Assembly: GCA_964016885.1 (NCBI GenBank)
Contig: OZ024744.1
Coordinates: 69,502,001-69,566,000 of the forward strand
Direction of reading: 5' to 3'
Source of the DNA: Eledone cirrhosa
Lineage: Eukaryota
Length of the DNA stretch: 64,000 nucleotides
Positions 50,608 to 63,497 of the stretch are shown in pieces (position 1 is the stretch's first letter; every line of letters starts with the position of its first letter). Below the pieces are notes generated by a model. It did not search any database. It was given only the letters and a program-made list of their open reading frames with translations, and was not told the origin of the DNA. The position numbers and the translations under genes are program-made.

Positions 50608-50651
<44 letters not shown>

Positions 50652-51554
50652 TCACACGCATGCACATTCACAGATACACAAAAACACAAAAACACAATCT
50701 TATAGTAATGCTCTTACATACATATGTACAGACAAACATACAACTAAGCACATATTCACTGAAACAGAAACACGCAGACAACACGCCTCCAAAGTTTGTC
50801 TATTGCCCTGACACACAGAGAACCCTCTTATTACATAAAACGAAACCCTTGCACTGCAACACGAAATAATCATTAATTATAATCAGTTCATATATATGTA
50901 GTACGTATTTACTTAGTCTACATAAACGTGGTCACATATTTTTGTCTACAGATGCAACTTAACATACTCCAATTACTTTAAATAATTATTCCTCTGCTGA
51001 TATTGACTTCTTTTTGGTGTTACAGCAAACGGCTTTGTTTTAAGCCTTTTTATGCCTTTATAAGTACTTTATAAGTATGTATGTTTATATATATATATAT
51101 CAAAGGGCAAAGGAGCTCTTAAGAGTCAATGGCCATCCAAAATCACCGGGAGAGATGACCCCTTAGCCTTTGTCAAGGCAGAATTCTAGGAGAAGGAAAA
51201 CTCTGATATAACACCTGCAACCCTGATGGTATCCAATGATGTTGACTTGTTCTTCTTTTTGGTAAATATCCTCTTGGTTAAGAGAGTGGGACTGGCTTTG
51301 TGCAGTGCCTTTGCTCACTATAAAAGCTTCACGGCACAGGCATTGCTTTATATCTGGAGATCTCTCTGCACTTGTCGTCACATGGTACCATGGGCCCAGC
51401 ACTATGTGTCAGTAATTGTCACAAGTGTAGTGTTTGTACCAGAGTTTTCAAGTCGCTGGCTGGACTAAAAAGTCACACTCGTTCAGCGCATCGGTAGGGG
51501 TTCTCCTACATGGATATAAAGTAGTGGCCGTACTCGAAAACGAGTTGGCAGCCA

Positions 51555-51680
<126 letters not shown>

Positions 51681-51772
51681 ATATACATAAATATATATAT
51701 ATGTGTATATATATGTATGTTTGTATATATATATATATACATACAAATACATTCAAATATATATAGATATAA

Positions 51773-51865
<93 letters not shown>

Positions 51866-52221
51866 GCATACACTGCATGCAACGCATGCAGTGTATGCAT
51901 TATAGAATCTTGAGTTGATCAATTGCGTCCGTTGAAGCAAGCAGAATTTTGGTTGCTTACTAAATCGTAGACACATAAAAAGATAACACACACACACACT
52001 AGATAACACTATATGCGGCTTTGACAGGGAGGATCATTTAGAGGGAATTAGGGGGGGGGGATAAAGCTGCCCAGCCCCACTTTCCGCCATGGCGATTGGA
52101 CTGCATGCCCTGCTTTCCAGGTTACCCTTCGCCACTGATATATATATACATTATGAAGAGAGAAGAAACATTTAGATATAATTAGTAATAAAATGTATCA
52201 TACCTAAACTGCTCCTAAATT

Positions 52222-52307
52222 CCTCGACTACGTAGTTTCGTGGCATAAACAAAAACAATATATCAAAGATATAGAGTCCTTGCGAGGTCTGCCGACTTAT
52301 CAAGAGG
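52222..52307 (-). ncRNA. Type I hammerhead with U3-A8 core
   Basis: cctc-TTGATAA-gt.ggca...tgcc.ac-GAAAC-TACGTA-GTC-gagg. Confidence 0.8.
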
Positions 52308-52812
52308 ATACCTCATTTTACTAGTCTCAAGAACGCGTCTACACGACGTGAGAAAGAATCCCAAAAGGCGGAGGGGGAGATAGTCACGCGATATAACGGT
52401 CGAGAAACAGAGCTAAGCCTCTTATAACCACGAAGAAAATACCACGGAGGCGGAGGGGGTATTCATATCGAGGCCGTAGAAGAGGTAGTGAAGAAGGCGA
52501 GAAGTATGAGTAATGGAAGCTTTCCAGTTGTCCCCACACTTCAAAGATTGCTCGACCAGAGGGAGTTATTAATATATTTAGAAACACACAGATACATGCG
52601 GACACACACATATATACATGAATGCATCCGCACCCAACTGTGAGTTAAGGGTGCCAACTTCACCGATGTTGCTCAATGAATGACTGGGACAGACCAATTC
52701 AGTTTGAACCAGACTGAACCAGTATCAGAGTTAAAAATACATTATGAAGAGAGAAGAAACATTTAGATATAATTAGTAATAAAATGTATCATACCTAAAC
52801 TGCTCCTAAATT

Positions 52813-52898
52813 CCTCGACTACGTAGTTTCGTGGCATAAACAAAAACAATATATCAAAGATATAGAGTCCTTGCGAGGTCTGCCGACTTATCAAGAGG
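52813..52898 (-). ncRNA. Type I hammerhead with U3-A8 core (second copy, 591 nt from the first)
   Basis: Identical to 52222-52307. Confidence 0.8.
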
Positions 52899-53210
52899 AT
52901 ACCTCATTTTACTAGTCTCAAGAACGCGTCTACACGACGTGAGAAAGAATCCCAAAAGGCGGAGGGGGAGATAGTCACGCGATATAACGGTCGAGAAACA
53001 GAGCTAAGCCTCTTATAACCACGAAGAAAATACCACGGAGGCGGAGGGGGTATTCATATCGAGGCCGTAGAAGAGGTAGTGAAGAAGGCGAGAAGTATGT
53101 GTAATGGAAGCGTTCATTGAGCAACATCGGTGAAGTTGGCACCCTTAACTCACAGTTGGGTGCGGATGCATTCATGTATATATGTGTGTGTCCGCATGTA
53201 TCTGTGTGTT

Positions 53211-53253
<43 letters not shown>

Positions 53254-53522
53254 AACCAAACCAACCTGCGCACCTCGTCGAGTGCTCCAATCTGCATACT
53301 GAGGTGTTGGTATACAACCAACATATACTCAAAATTTTACATACATACATATATATATATGTTTCTATATATATATATATGTATATGAATGTTTGTATAT
53401 ATATATATATGTATATGAATGTTTGTATATATATATGTGTGTATGTGTGTGCGTGTGTGTACATATATGTACATATATGTATGTTTGTATATATATGTGT
53501 TTGTTTCTGTGAGTTCATGTGT

Positions 53523-53558
<36 letters not shown>

Positions 53559-53734
53559 ATACGCACACACACACACTCACACACACACACACACACATCA
53601 AGAAGAAAGAAGAAATGTTTCATCATAGATATTGCAGAAAGGCATGTCTGAGAAAGGACCAAAGCTGAGAGCCAATAAATAAATAAATAAGTAAATAAAA
53701 AAATAAATATATATATATATATATTATATATATA

Positions 53735-53838
<104 letters not shown>

Positions 53839-54182
53839 CGTGTGTGTAAAAGGTAAACAGAAATAACAACACAGTCGGTACTGTAAATGGAAGGTATATA
53901 TTAGCACTCCATACATAGAAATATATTTGCACAAATAATCCATTGTCGAATCTGGTATTTAAAGTTTACATAGACTGTATTGTACCACTATATAATTATA
54001 AGTAATTGAAAGTAATTATACTAAAAGTAGGTGTACATGGGGATATTTCTAGTGTATAAAGTTATAGATAGGTGGAACGATTTGTGTTAAGATAGGGTGG
54101 ATCAGTGAGTGTTGAGTTGTGGTGTAAGGTGTGCCACTGAGGTGTAGTGCTAGAATTGGTGATGGGTTCCAGTCTGACATTG

Positions 54183-56468
54183 CTATATATTGGGTTTAAA
54201 GTTTTGGAAGGAGTGTCGGAAGCGGTGCTGGGACGACGCGAACACTTCCGATTTTTTATTAAGGAGGTTATGGTTTGAGAAGATTATAGTATGGGTCTCT
54301 AGTAGACAGACGTTACAAAATTTATTAGGTGGTTTGTACGATGCCGCCTTACCTATCACTTCCCATTTAAGTGTATAAGATCTATTTTTAGTTTTTAGAT
54401 AGTGTATGTAGCTAGATAGTGAAGTGGAGTTGGCTAGACTGTGTTTTTTGAAAGAATGGAGGTGCGAATTGTATCTGGTTTTGAAGCAGTTTGAAGTAGA
54501 GCCTATATAGGTTTCAGAAGAGTTGCTAGTTATGACGGTGCATGAGTATATGATATCCTTGATTAAGCATTTTTTATCTAAAGGGCAGGTTCTATTAGAT
54601 CTACAGTTACAATTATTTTGGATATTAACATGCCGGTTATTATGTTGTGTAGAAGTCTGGTTGTTAGTTGTTGCATTATGGCTATGGGGGTTGTCGCTCT
54701 CAGCGTTATTGCTTACACTAGTGGTATTACTATTATTACTATTGATATCAGGGTTAGTAGATATGATGTTATTTTGAAGGTTTACCCCCTGTCGTGTTTT
54801 AGTTTGTTGGAAGTAAGTATTAATTTTTCTTTTATTGCTACTAGCTATGTGGTATGCTATGTTAGGCGTGGTAGAGTAGGAGATTTTAATTGTATTTTTG
54901 TTTATGAGACTATGGTACTTGTGGCCAGATGGAAAGTTTTTATCCAGGAGTGAGAAGAAAGCCTTAAGTAGGTTGGTAGAGACGTTTAGATTGAAAGGGG
55001 GGTTGAAAAATATATTATTTCTTCTTCTATTTTTGTTTTTTATGACTGGTGAGATGCTTCCGTTTATGGTATTATGGTGATTTCTGTGGTGAGGGTTAGG
55101 TTTGTTGCCATCCTTCGTATTAGTGTGTGTGTGGTTGTTATTCTTATTACTATTTTCCCTCATGTACATATTGTGCGAAATAATGTTGTAACTATGTGTT
55201 TTTGTAGGAAGGAACTCGATCTCCTTATTATGGCCTGATCTAGCTAATGCCTGATTATAATATTGCGAGTTTTTGCTAAATATGTTTTCGTCATAAGATA
55301 GATTAGAGATTCTATTGGATGTTCCCTTAGAGATAGAGTTTAATATTGATCTAGGGTGGTTAGACTTGGTATCTACGTAAATCAGTTTTTCGTTAGGTTT
55401 ATGGAATGGTGTATTTATTCTAGAGTCTAGGTAGAGGGTGGCATCTAGGAAGTTAACGTTTTTAGTGTTTTTGTCTATGGTGATACTTAGGTTATAGTTT
55501 TTGAAAGTCTTGTGCAATAGTTTTCTATTTCTTTCTATATTGAATTTTTTATAGTCTATAAGGAGAAGTACATCGTCGCGGTACAAACCACCGTTGAGGT
55601 ATGGAAGATCCTTATGGATTTCGTTTAGTAAATATAGGCCCACCAAATCAGTGACCTGCGCCGAGTCACTAGACCCCATGGTTATGTCGAAGTTGTTATG
55701 CGTATCCTTGCGAGTCCATAACTGGTCTTCAAAAGTGATTACGGTTTTACGGGCCGCAAGTATGACATCAATCTGGGGTCTAGTCAGGTCACTATTGTTC
55801 ATGGCCATAATTAGTGCCTGATTTAATAGGATAGGGGAAATAGAGGTGTAGAATGAATTGATATCAAATTGAATAAATTGTTTATCTTTGTTTTCCTTGA
55901 TATCCTTGAACCATTCGATAACTTCACCTGTATTTCCCCATTGTTTAAGGTATATTTTTTGTTTAATCTGTGGGATGATTATATCTAAAATTTTCTTACT
56001 GATAATGCCAATGTCAGACTTGGAAGGGCAGATTAGTCTAATTGAGGGGTTGCTAATGAAATCCTCCTTATGGTCCTTCAGAGAGAATCCAGGGGGCTTT
56101 GGGGTGTATGGTTGTGTATGTCTATGAAGTCCTAGTTTGGACACTATATTACATCCTTCTATATTAATTTCTTCTATGTTTTTCATAGTAGTTTTCTTGT
56201 AGCTCTTATGTAATTCATTATATATAAACTTTCTATATGTATCATAATCTAGGCTGTATATGTTATTAGTTTTGTCCGCATGTACAATCATGTTACTACT
56301 AGTTTTGAATTCATTAATAGAAGTGTTAAGTTTGTTTAAGAAGGTGTTGTTTTTATTACGATGCTTTTTATAGTTAATGTTCTTAACTAGTTTTATTAGG
56401 TCATTTTCAAAGGATTTTCCGCAGCTGCTCTCCGTTGTTATAAAGTCTTTTTCTTTCTGAAGCTTCAT
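54183..56468 (-). CDS. Penelope-like (Naiad-type) RT plus GIY-YIG endonuclease; 5'-truncated, with the element extending to ~53846
   Basis: ADKTNN, LKDHKEDF, IRLICPSKSDIG, QFDINSFY, FDITMGSSD, LYRDD, VNFLD, SNHP, FNPPF, KISYS, CNCR..CPL..C..IIY, YIGST, KTRYNSH, CNVC..E and LLNKKSE. Confidence 0.93.
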   Translation of the reverse strand: MKLQKEKDFITTESSCGKSFENDLIKLVKNINYKKHRNKNNTFLNKLNTSINEFKTSSNMIVHADKTNNIYSLDYDTYRKFIYNELHKSYKKTTMKNIEEINIEGCNIVSKLGLHRHTQPYTPKPPGFSLKDHKEDFISNPSIRLICPSKSDIGIISKKILDIIIPQIKQKIYLKQWGNTGEVIEWFKDIKENKDKQFIQFDINSFYTSISPILLNQALIMAMNNSDLTRPQIDVILAARKTVITFEDQLWTRKDTHNNFDITMGSSDSAQVTDLVGLYLLNEIHKDLPYLNGGLYRDDVLLLIDYKKFNIERNRKLLHKTFKNYNLSITIDKNTKNVNFLDATLYLDSRINTPFHKPNEKLIYVDTKSNHPRSILNSISKGTSNRISNLSYDENIFSKNSQYYNQALARSGHNKEIEFLPTKTHSYNIISHNMYMRENSNKNNNHTHTNTKDGNKPNPHHRNHHNTINGSISPVIKNKNRRRNNIFFNPPFNLNVSTNLLKAFFSLLDKNFPSGHKYHSLINKNTIKISYSTTPNIAYHIASSNKRKINTYFQQTKTRQGVNLQNNIISTNPDINSNNSNTTSVSNNAESDNPHSHNATTNNQTSTQHNNRHVNIQNNCNCRSNRTCPLDKKCLIKDIIYSCTVITSNSSETYIGSTSNCFKTRYNSHLHSFKKHSLANSTSLSSYIHYLKTKNRSYTLKWEVIGKAASYKPPNKFCNVCLLETHTIIFSNHNLLNKKSEVFASSQHRFRHSFQNFKPNI

Positions 56469-56789
56469 CAGATTGAGAGCATCCTCAACTTAACTGATTT
56501 AATGGGGTGCACTTCTTCCATTATTTGTGACCGTTGAGAATCAAACGGCACTGAAGATTTTAAAATATCTCTATAAAACGTTTTACAGAACAGATCTCTT
56601 TCCTTTTCCTTTTGTCGGTCACTGTAAGCCCGTTTTTATTCTTGAGAGCCATCACTTCCGATTTTTGAAATACGATCTTTATCCTGCATCTCTTTAGTCT
56701 TTACTTCTTCACTGCAGCCCACAACAACTTGATTCCCAGATGACATAGTGCTCATTATAAAAAACTAAGATTAATTGCATGCCATGATG

Positions 56790-57300
56790 ACTAGGCTGGA
56801 TACCCAAAGTTCATCAGCAAGCCTCAAAATAAACCCCATGGAAATAAAATACATGCGACACAATGTTGAATAGTGGTGAGAAGCAGTGAAATTGTGGTGA
56901 GGGAGTATTTCTACTTTGAGAGAACAGTAAGTATATGCCGAGATATGAGTAAAAGCAGGGTGGAATGCGTTTGACTTGATTAAAGATGTGATCAAAGCAC
57001 AACTGAACAAAACCCTATGGACCAATCTCTTCAATAACACCGTCTTATCTTCATTCTTATATGTAAGTGAGATATGATATACTATGAAGAAAGAACAGTG
57101 ATTGGCTATGACACAGAGGGCCATAGAAAGATCTATGCTGGGAATATCTTAAGAATATATCCAAAACGAGGTTATTGGAGAATGGTGCAGAGTGAATACT
57201 GTGATCGAAGAATATCGAATGCATGAGTTCTGCTGGGCCGGACATATCACAAGGTTCACAGACAACAGGTGGACACATACTGTCATATACTCGGCGTGTG
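56790..57300 (+). mobile_element. Decayed RTE-clade 3' fragment
   Basis: Encodes TQRAIERSMLGIS and WAGHITRFTDNRWT. Confidence 0.7.
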
Positions 57301-57954
57301 ACAACAAAAGGAAAATGGCTGGACTTGACATAATAATCAATATTGACATTGAGAGTGATAAAGTTATAACAAGAGAGCTTGACAAACTATACATATTGTG
57401 TATCAACAAAGGACCAGAATAATAGGGAAAAAGTAATAATGATTATGATACACAAAAGGGAGATAAGCGACACTTGAAGAATTAATGTCCAGTAAGTTTA
57501 TTATCACACTTGTAGAAGCTGCTGATGTGCATACATGCCACCAGAATGTTAATGCATGCTAACCAACAATACGAATTGACAAGCTTCAAGAAGTGACTTT
57601 TCTACAAGCGATCACATACACACTACCAACCTACTAACTCTCAAAAACATTCCAGAAGCACAATCTAATATCCAGTTGTGCAAATTCATTGGATGCCCAA
57701 GTCATCGGAGAATACTATATCCACCATATCAAAATTATCCCCCACACGGATGCGCGAATATCGCCAAACAGTACAGAGAGAAGGATCATGTTCAGATAAA
57801 GAACAACAAAGTACAAGAAAACACTATATTACCCAAACTGTTCAAAGTATGCCTGTAAAATCTCTTTGGAGCGCTAGACTGGAAAAAAACGAGGATTGTA
57901 TATCAAAGAAAACAACGTACATCGTCTCAGATTGTTTGATGACATCGAAGTAAT

Positions 57955-58157
57955 TTCTTCTTCTTCTTCTTCTTCTTCTTCTTCTTCTTCTTCTTCTTCT
58001 TCTTCTTCTTCTTCTTCTTCTTCTTCTTCTTCTTCTTCTTCTTCTTCTTCTTCTTCTTCTTCTTCTTCTTCTTCTTCTTCTTCTTCTTCTTCTTCTTCTT
58101 CTTCTTCTTCTTCTTCTTCTTCTTCTTCTTCTTCTTCTTCTTCTTCTTCTTCTTCTT
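57955..58157. repeat. (TTC)n microsatellite, ~200 bp
   Basis: Direct reading. Confidence 0.98.
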
Positions 58158-58375
58158 GAGAGGGTCATGGGTACAGGGTCCTCAAACAGTCCTTCCAGTG
58201 GGTCCATTCAGAAGCAACCATCTCCAATTGATCCCCAAGCGAGACCAGCCAAGCTCATAGATGTTTTCCAACCATCTTGTTCGGAGTCTACCCCTGGGTC
58301 TCTTGCCGATTTGTTTTGCTTGTAAAATCTGTCCAGCGATTCTTTCCTGAGACATTCTAACCACATGGCCATATT
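58158..58375 (-). mobile_element. RTE (Expander/Rex3-like) 3' fragment, with (AAG)n as its apparent tail
   Basis: GHVVRMSQER..GKRPRGRLRTRWLENI.EL.W.RLG. Confidence 0.75.
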
Positions 58376-59479
58376 ATCAGAGCTTTGATCTCTCAATTTG
58401 GAGGTGACAGATGAAATGCTGTAAGAATTATGTGCCACAAGCATGACATACTGATTGAAGATAAACAAGAGTAAAACGAAAATTATAATAAAACCTTATG
58501 TGACACCAATATTGGTTACAATGTAGTAAACCGAGAAGGAAGAGATGAAGTACAGATTAATCTTAAGCTGTACTTCTTTCAATAAACATCGGTGTTATGA
58601 AATCAGAACATACTACTTAGCCTTAGGAGAAAAATCCTAAACTAATGCATAACCCTAGCAGTCGTTTACTGATTATAAACCTAGGCTCTAATAGCAGATT
58701 AGGAGAGAAACTGTTTAGAACCAGATGAACTAGATCAAGCAGGCCGATAATCAAAGCCATTACGACTATGTAAGTATCTATGACTACATTGTTTAATGTA
58801 TCCTCCTTTTCTAAGATGGTTTAAATAAGGTTTGGTTTCAGTTTCTAGAAGATTGAATGACCACGTACTCAGCTGTTAGCCTAAAAGAATTATCTCCTTA
58901 ACCAAAACACTGGTGAATATTTTCAATTATTAGACTACCTTTGTGTCCGGGTTAGGAACTCATATCAAAACCATCTCATGTCCACGAATATAAGCAGTCT
59001 ATTTATCACATACATCTCCTTATTTCAGTCTGTGGTTTGTAGGTAAGAGATGTAATGCTTGATTACACTACTGTAACAAATTGGCTTGAGTCATTGGGGT
59101 ATCAGATAGAACGACTTGCGGTATTTGTTTCGACTCACTGCACTCCGAGTTCAAATACCGTCTTGTCCAAATTTTAGATTCAACCCTTCGGTATCGATTA
59201 AAAATAAAGCATCACTCACCTACAAGAGTAGACCCCCCCCCCCCACCCAATGCATACTTTTTGTGTTACTGCACTAAAAAGTACTGCATCAAGATGAAAA
59301 CATTGCCTGGATATTTGCAACAGAGTGAACTCCACTTCAAATACCAGAAACCCAACTGGTAGTTTTAAACTAGGAGAGAGATGAGGTTTATCAGCCTAAA
59401 ACAGATGTAGACCATCTGATCACTTACAAAATCCTGAGATTCCAGAGAGGGTTAGGTAAGGAGAAAACCTTGGAAATTA

Positions 59480-61060
59480 GTAACTGGAAATTTACAATCC
59501 TTTCAGGTAAGGAGCAGGAACTAGTGGAGGAGGCCAGATGCTATCGGCTAGATTTAGTCGGTGTCGGTGTTCCTCATCAAAGTTCCTTGGCTCTGGTACT
59601 GTAAATCTGGATGGAGGATGAAAATTTCACTATTCTAGAATGGCACAAGAGAAGAATGTGTAGGTGCGAATGGAGCTACTCACAAGTTCCCGAGTGTCAG
59701 AATGGACTGGATCCCGTTAGGAGCGATGATGTGCCTCTTGAAGTTTAGGCTGGAAGAAAGGTCTCTCAGGGTGGTGCAAGTTTATGTGCCAGACAGATCC
59801 TTCTTTGATGAAGTCACTGCAACGCTAGATGTAGTTAAGACTGAGCCATAGATCCTAATGGGACACTTCAAGGAATATGTTGGCACTGATCACCTGTCAC
59901 AGAAAGGAGTGACAGAAAGGAACAGCCAACCAGATCTAAATACAAATGGAGAGGCCTTATTACACTTTTGGGGTAGCACAGAGATATCTATAAACACACA
60001 TGGTATAATGGGAATCGGAGACAGAGATCTATAATTGATTTTGTTATTGTCTCTGATCTCTTCGATTCTGTACTAGATGTTCATGTGAAGAGAGGATTTG
60101 AGTTGTCAACTGATCCCCATCTAGTTATCTACAGTCTGAGACTACCTAAAGCCAAGGGAAACTACAAAACTTGCAGGTCCAGTTTAATCTATAAGATAAC
60201 GTGGAAAAGCTGGCAGATAAGGAAGTCAGGATCAGGTTTGCGGATATTATTACATGCAAATTCAGAGAACACCGTGAAAAAATGAAGCAAGTTTCTGATT
60301 CAGCTGTTAAATTCCACGGGCGAAAACGGCTTGGTGTGACGCCGGGCGACAAGAGGACCCATGGATTCAATCAAGTAGTCAAAGAAGGAGGCTTACAAAC
60401 TTGGCTTGGAAATAGTTCCTGCTTCTAGCACTTGTGGTACAAGCAGGCACGAAAAATCGCAGCAGAGGCACTAAAGTTGTCCAAAGTTAAGACATGAGTG
60501 AACTTTGTGAGGGTTAAGCTGAAATCCGACTTCAGAGCAGCAAATAAAGTATTCTGGCAGACCATCCACCAACTTCGTAATAAGAAGTCCTCCTCCCCAA
60601 CTGCTATCAGGAACGTGCCTGGGGTTCTCCTCTCTTCAGAGAGGTGCAACTCGCGAGTTGGAGAGAATACTTTGCTCATCCCCTAAACACGATCACAACA
60701 GCATATTCTGATCTACACGAGGTGCATCTGGGAACGATGACTAATTTCTCGGAGGCTGAGATTACAAGAACATTTAAAGAGCTCAAATGTGACAAAGCCG
60801 CTGGGGAAGATGAAATCTGACCTGAGATGTTAAAAGCTTTAATAGAGAAGGTATTCTCTGGATGAATCGAGTGTTTCGGGTGGCCTGGATGTCTGGAAAT
60901 ACATCTAAGTAATGGCAATCGGGAATGATAATCCCAATTTTCCAAAACGAAGACAAGCGAGATTGTTCCAATTACTGAGGGATCTCCTTGTTAAGCTTCC
61001 CCGGTAAAGTCTATGTTAAGTGTCTGGCAAAGAGATGTAGGTAGATTGTCTAGTCCAAAC
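59480..61060 (+). mobile_element. Decayed RTE (Expander/Rex3-like) APE-RT fragment
   Basis: LSGKEQELVEEA..RLDLVG, VQVYVP, SIIDFVIV, VKRGFELSTD.HLV, FWQTIHQL, KAAGEDEI and CSNY.GISLLSFPGKVY. Confidence 0.82.
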
Positions 61061-61119
61061 AAGCTGATAAACAGTAATGGCGTAGCCTGGACAAAAAAAA
61101 GTCAACTACGTCTGAATTA

Positions 61120-62470
61120 TTCGATGTCTCAATGGGATCATTCGATTTGGTTGGATTATACATTTTAGATACGTTGCGAGCCAGATTCCCGGACTTCCAC
61201 GCGGGTTTTTATGCCGCGATGACGCTCTGACCCCATCGAGCCATAAAAGCAGTCACGACCTGGACCGTTTTAGAAAAGTCCTAATAGTTACTTTTAATGA
61301 ATTAGGACTTAACATCACTGTAGTCACAAACCTGACTAGCGTAGATTATCTAGACATAAATTTAGACCTTCGCGCGCACACACATTCAGATCTTTCCATA
61401 AACTTAATGAAAAGTTCACCTACATACACAAAGTCTCATGTCACCTACCTACGGTCTTCAAAAACTTCGTAAAAAATATCAATACTAGAATTTCTCATCT
61501 TTCTTCAAACAAGGCCATCTTTGATAGACGGGCACCCTACTACAACACTGTTAGCCAACAGCGGCTTCTCTGATACAATTTCTTACTCCCCTCCCAACTC
61601 CACCTCCAGTAGAAAAAGAAGTAAAAATAAAAAATAATTAGATTCTGCCCCCCCCCCCCCCCTTTCGCCCAGTCTTAGAACCAATGTAGATAGGAAATAC
61701 TTAGCACTCCTAGATAAACACTTCCCCACAGGTCATAAATACCGATCTATCTTCAATAGACACGGGGTGAAGCTCGGCTATTCCTATGCTAAAAATATGA
61801 AGGCCCACATCACCACCAACCCCAGGAGTACAACCCCCACCTGGATGATCTTGCAAGAAGCCAGAAACATGCCCCCTTCAACAACAGTGTAACCCAACCG
61901 CAATAGTCTATGAAGCTGAAGTTATATCTACTGGACCAAACCAACAACATGAAATCAAAACATATGTAGGTATGGCGGAGGGCCGATTTAAAGAATGCTT
62001 CCTTACCCATCAGACGACTTTTTGATATTCGGATAATCCATCGTCCACGAAGCTGGCAAGCCACATATTGTCACTCAAAGATTCAGGCGTGGATTACTCC
62101 ATTCAATAGAAAGTTCTAACCAAGTCTAGGCCATACAGAACTGAGAATTTCTCTTGTGGGCTGCGCATCGACGTAAAAATAAATATCTTGCATAGATTAC
62201 GTAATAGCACGTGCCTAAATACAAAATTCGATTTTTTAAAATCTATGTCCGCACGGCCCCAAGTACATTTTACGTAACAACAGGGACCCAGACTAATTTT
62301 ATCAAGATTGAACTCAATCATCTCCCTCATCAGTCCAACTTGAGTTGTCCCCCTTGTTGACGACGTTGTGCCTGACCAGTCAACTCACATAAACTTCCGT
62401 ATATCAGTACAACCTTACTCGTGATGAAAATCCATTGGGTGAAACACCTGTCCTCGAAGATAGTTTCCTA
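61120..62470 (+). mobile_element. Decayed Naiad-type Penelope-like element, 3' half
   Basis: FDVSMGSFD LVGLYIL, RDDAL, VDYLDINLDL, LLDKHFP.GHKY.SIFN, YVGMAEG and STKLASHI. An eroded hammerhead-like GTGATGA..GAAAC..GTC lies at ~62420-62452. Confidence 0.85.
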
Positions 62471-62484
62471 ATATGTTGTGGAAA

Positions 62485-62547
<63 letters not shown>

Positions 62548-62569
62548 GGAAAAAATGAATATATATATA

Positions 62570-63497
62570 TATATACAAAATTAAATTAAATTGTCATGTG
62601 TGAGAGACATGCGCCATATCCACTGCAGAATAAGCTCAAAGATTCCAAAGAATAGATCCGACCATTTTATATCAACTAGAAAGAGATTGACATATATATA
62701 TATATAAAATAAACATATGAAACAATCACAGGGAATAATTTCTAAAGAATGTAAGCTCACACAGCTAGGTAGGTAACTAATTAAAGTTGAACTAGAACTT
62801 CAAATATAGATGCCTTTTAAAATGATTAATCTCCTTTGTATATATTTCTTTAAATAAAAAAATATTTCACCAATTAATCGGTAAATCACAGTAGTCAAAT
62901 CCCGAATGATCACCAAAGAAGATCCAACTATCTGCGTTTACAAAGCAAAAGCAAATCTGTGAATGACTCGTACCACGTGTTGCATTTTTTTTAAAAAATA
63001 CACACATCGCACAGCGTCATCCCAGTGGCGTGAATAGGATTATCGACAGCTAGAAATAGCAGCCGAGTCTATTCAACTGAGTTAGCTCTACAATTAAGGG
63101 GCCGTATATATATCCAAAATTAAATTAAGGGTGTCATGTCTGAGAGATATGCGCCATATCCACTGCAGAATAGATCAAAGATTCCAAAGAATAGATCCGA
63201 GCATTTTATATCAACTAGAAATAGATTGACATATATATATATAAAATAAACATATAAAACAATCACAGGGAATTTGGTGATCATCCGGGATTTGACTACT
63301 GTGATTTACCGATTAATGGTGAAATATATTTTTTATTTAAAGGAGATTAATCATTTTAAAAGGTATCTATATTTGAAGTTCTAGTTAAGCTTTAATTAGT
63401 TACCTACCTAGCTGTGTGTGTTTACACACTTTACAAATTATTCCCTGTGATTGTTTCATATGTTTATTTTATATATATATATGTCAATCTATTTCTA
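62570..63497. repeat. Composite fold-back element (direct plus inverted segments)
   Basis: 62570-62735 matches 63108-63272 as a direct repeat. ~62675-62916 is the reverse complement of ~63274-63498. No clear hammerhead core was seen. Confidence 0.85.

Larger units (their letters stand above)
48225..50608 (+). mobile_element. Internally deleted Helitron
   Basis: 3' hairpin CCCG.GcaacgCCGGG followed by CTAG|T at 50605-50608. The 5' end is embedded in (TA)n. The helicase is present but no Rep domain was seen. Confidence 0.9.
52147..53222 (-). repeat. pLTR-like composite: ~375-bp direct repeats plus a ~110-bp inverted segment, each direct repeat carrying a hammerhead
   Basis: 52147-52520 matches 52738-53111. 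~52570-52680 is the reverse complement of ~53113-53222. Confidence 0.88.

Noticed and set aside
51100-51215. RTE 5'/HDV-like ribozyme motif (CTAGGAGAAGGAAAACTCTGA), with a similar stretch at ~35095-35145 on the minus strand
   Set aside because: It resembles LINE 5' regions from recall only, and I could not fold a nested double pseudoknot by eye.
53900-56468. Selenoprotein-type Naiad (in-frame UGA plus SECIS)
   Set aside because: The ORF has no internal UGA and I could not see a SECIS in the 3' region.
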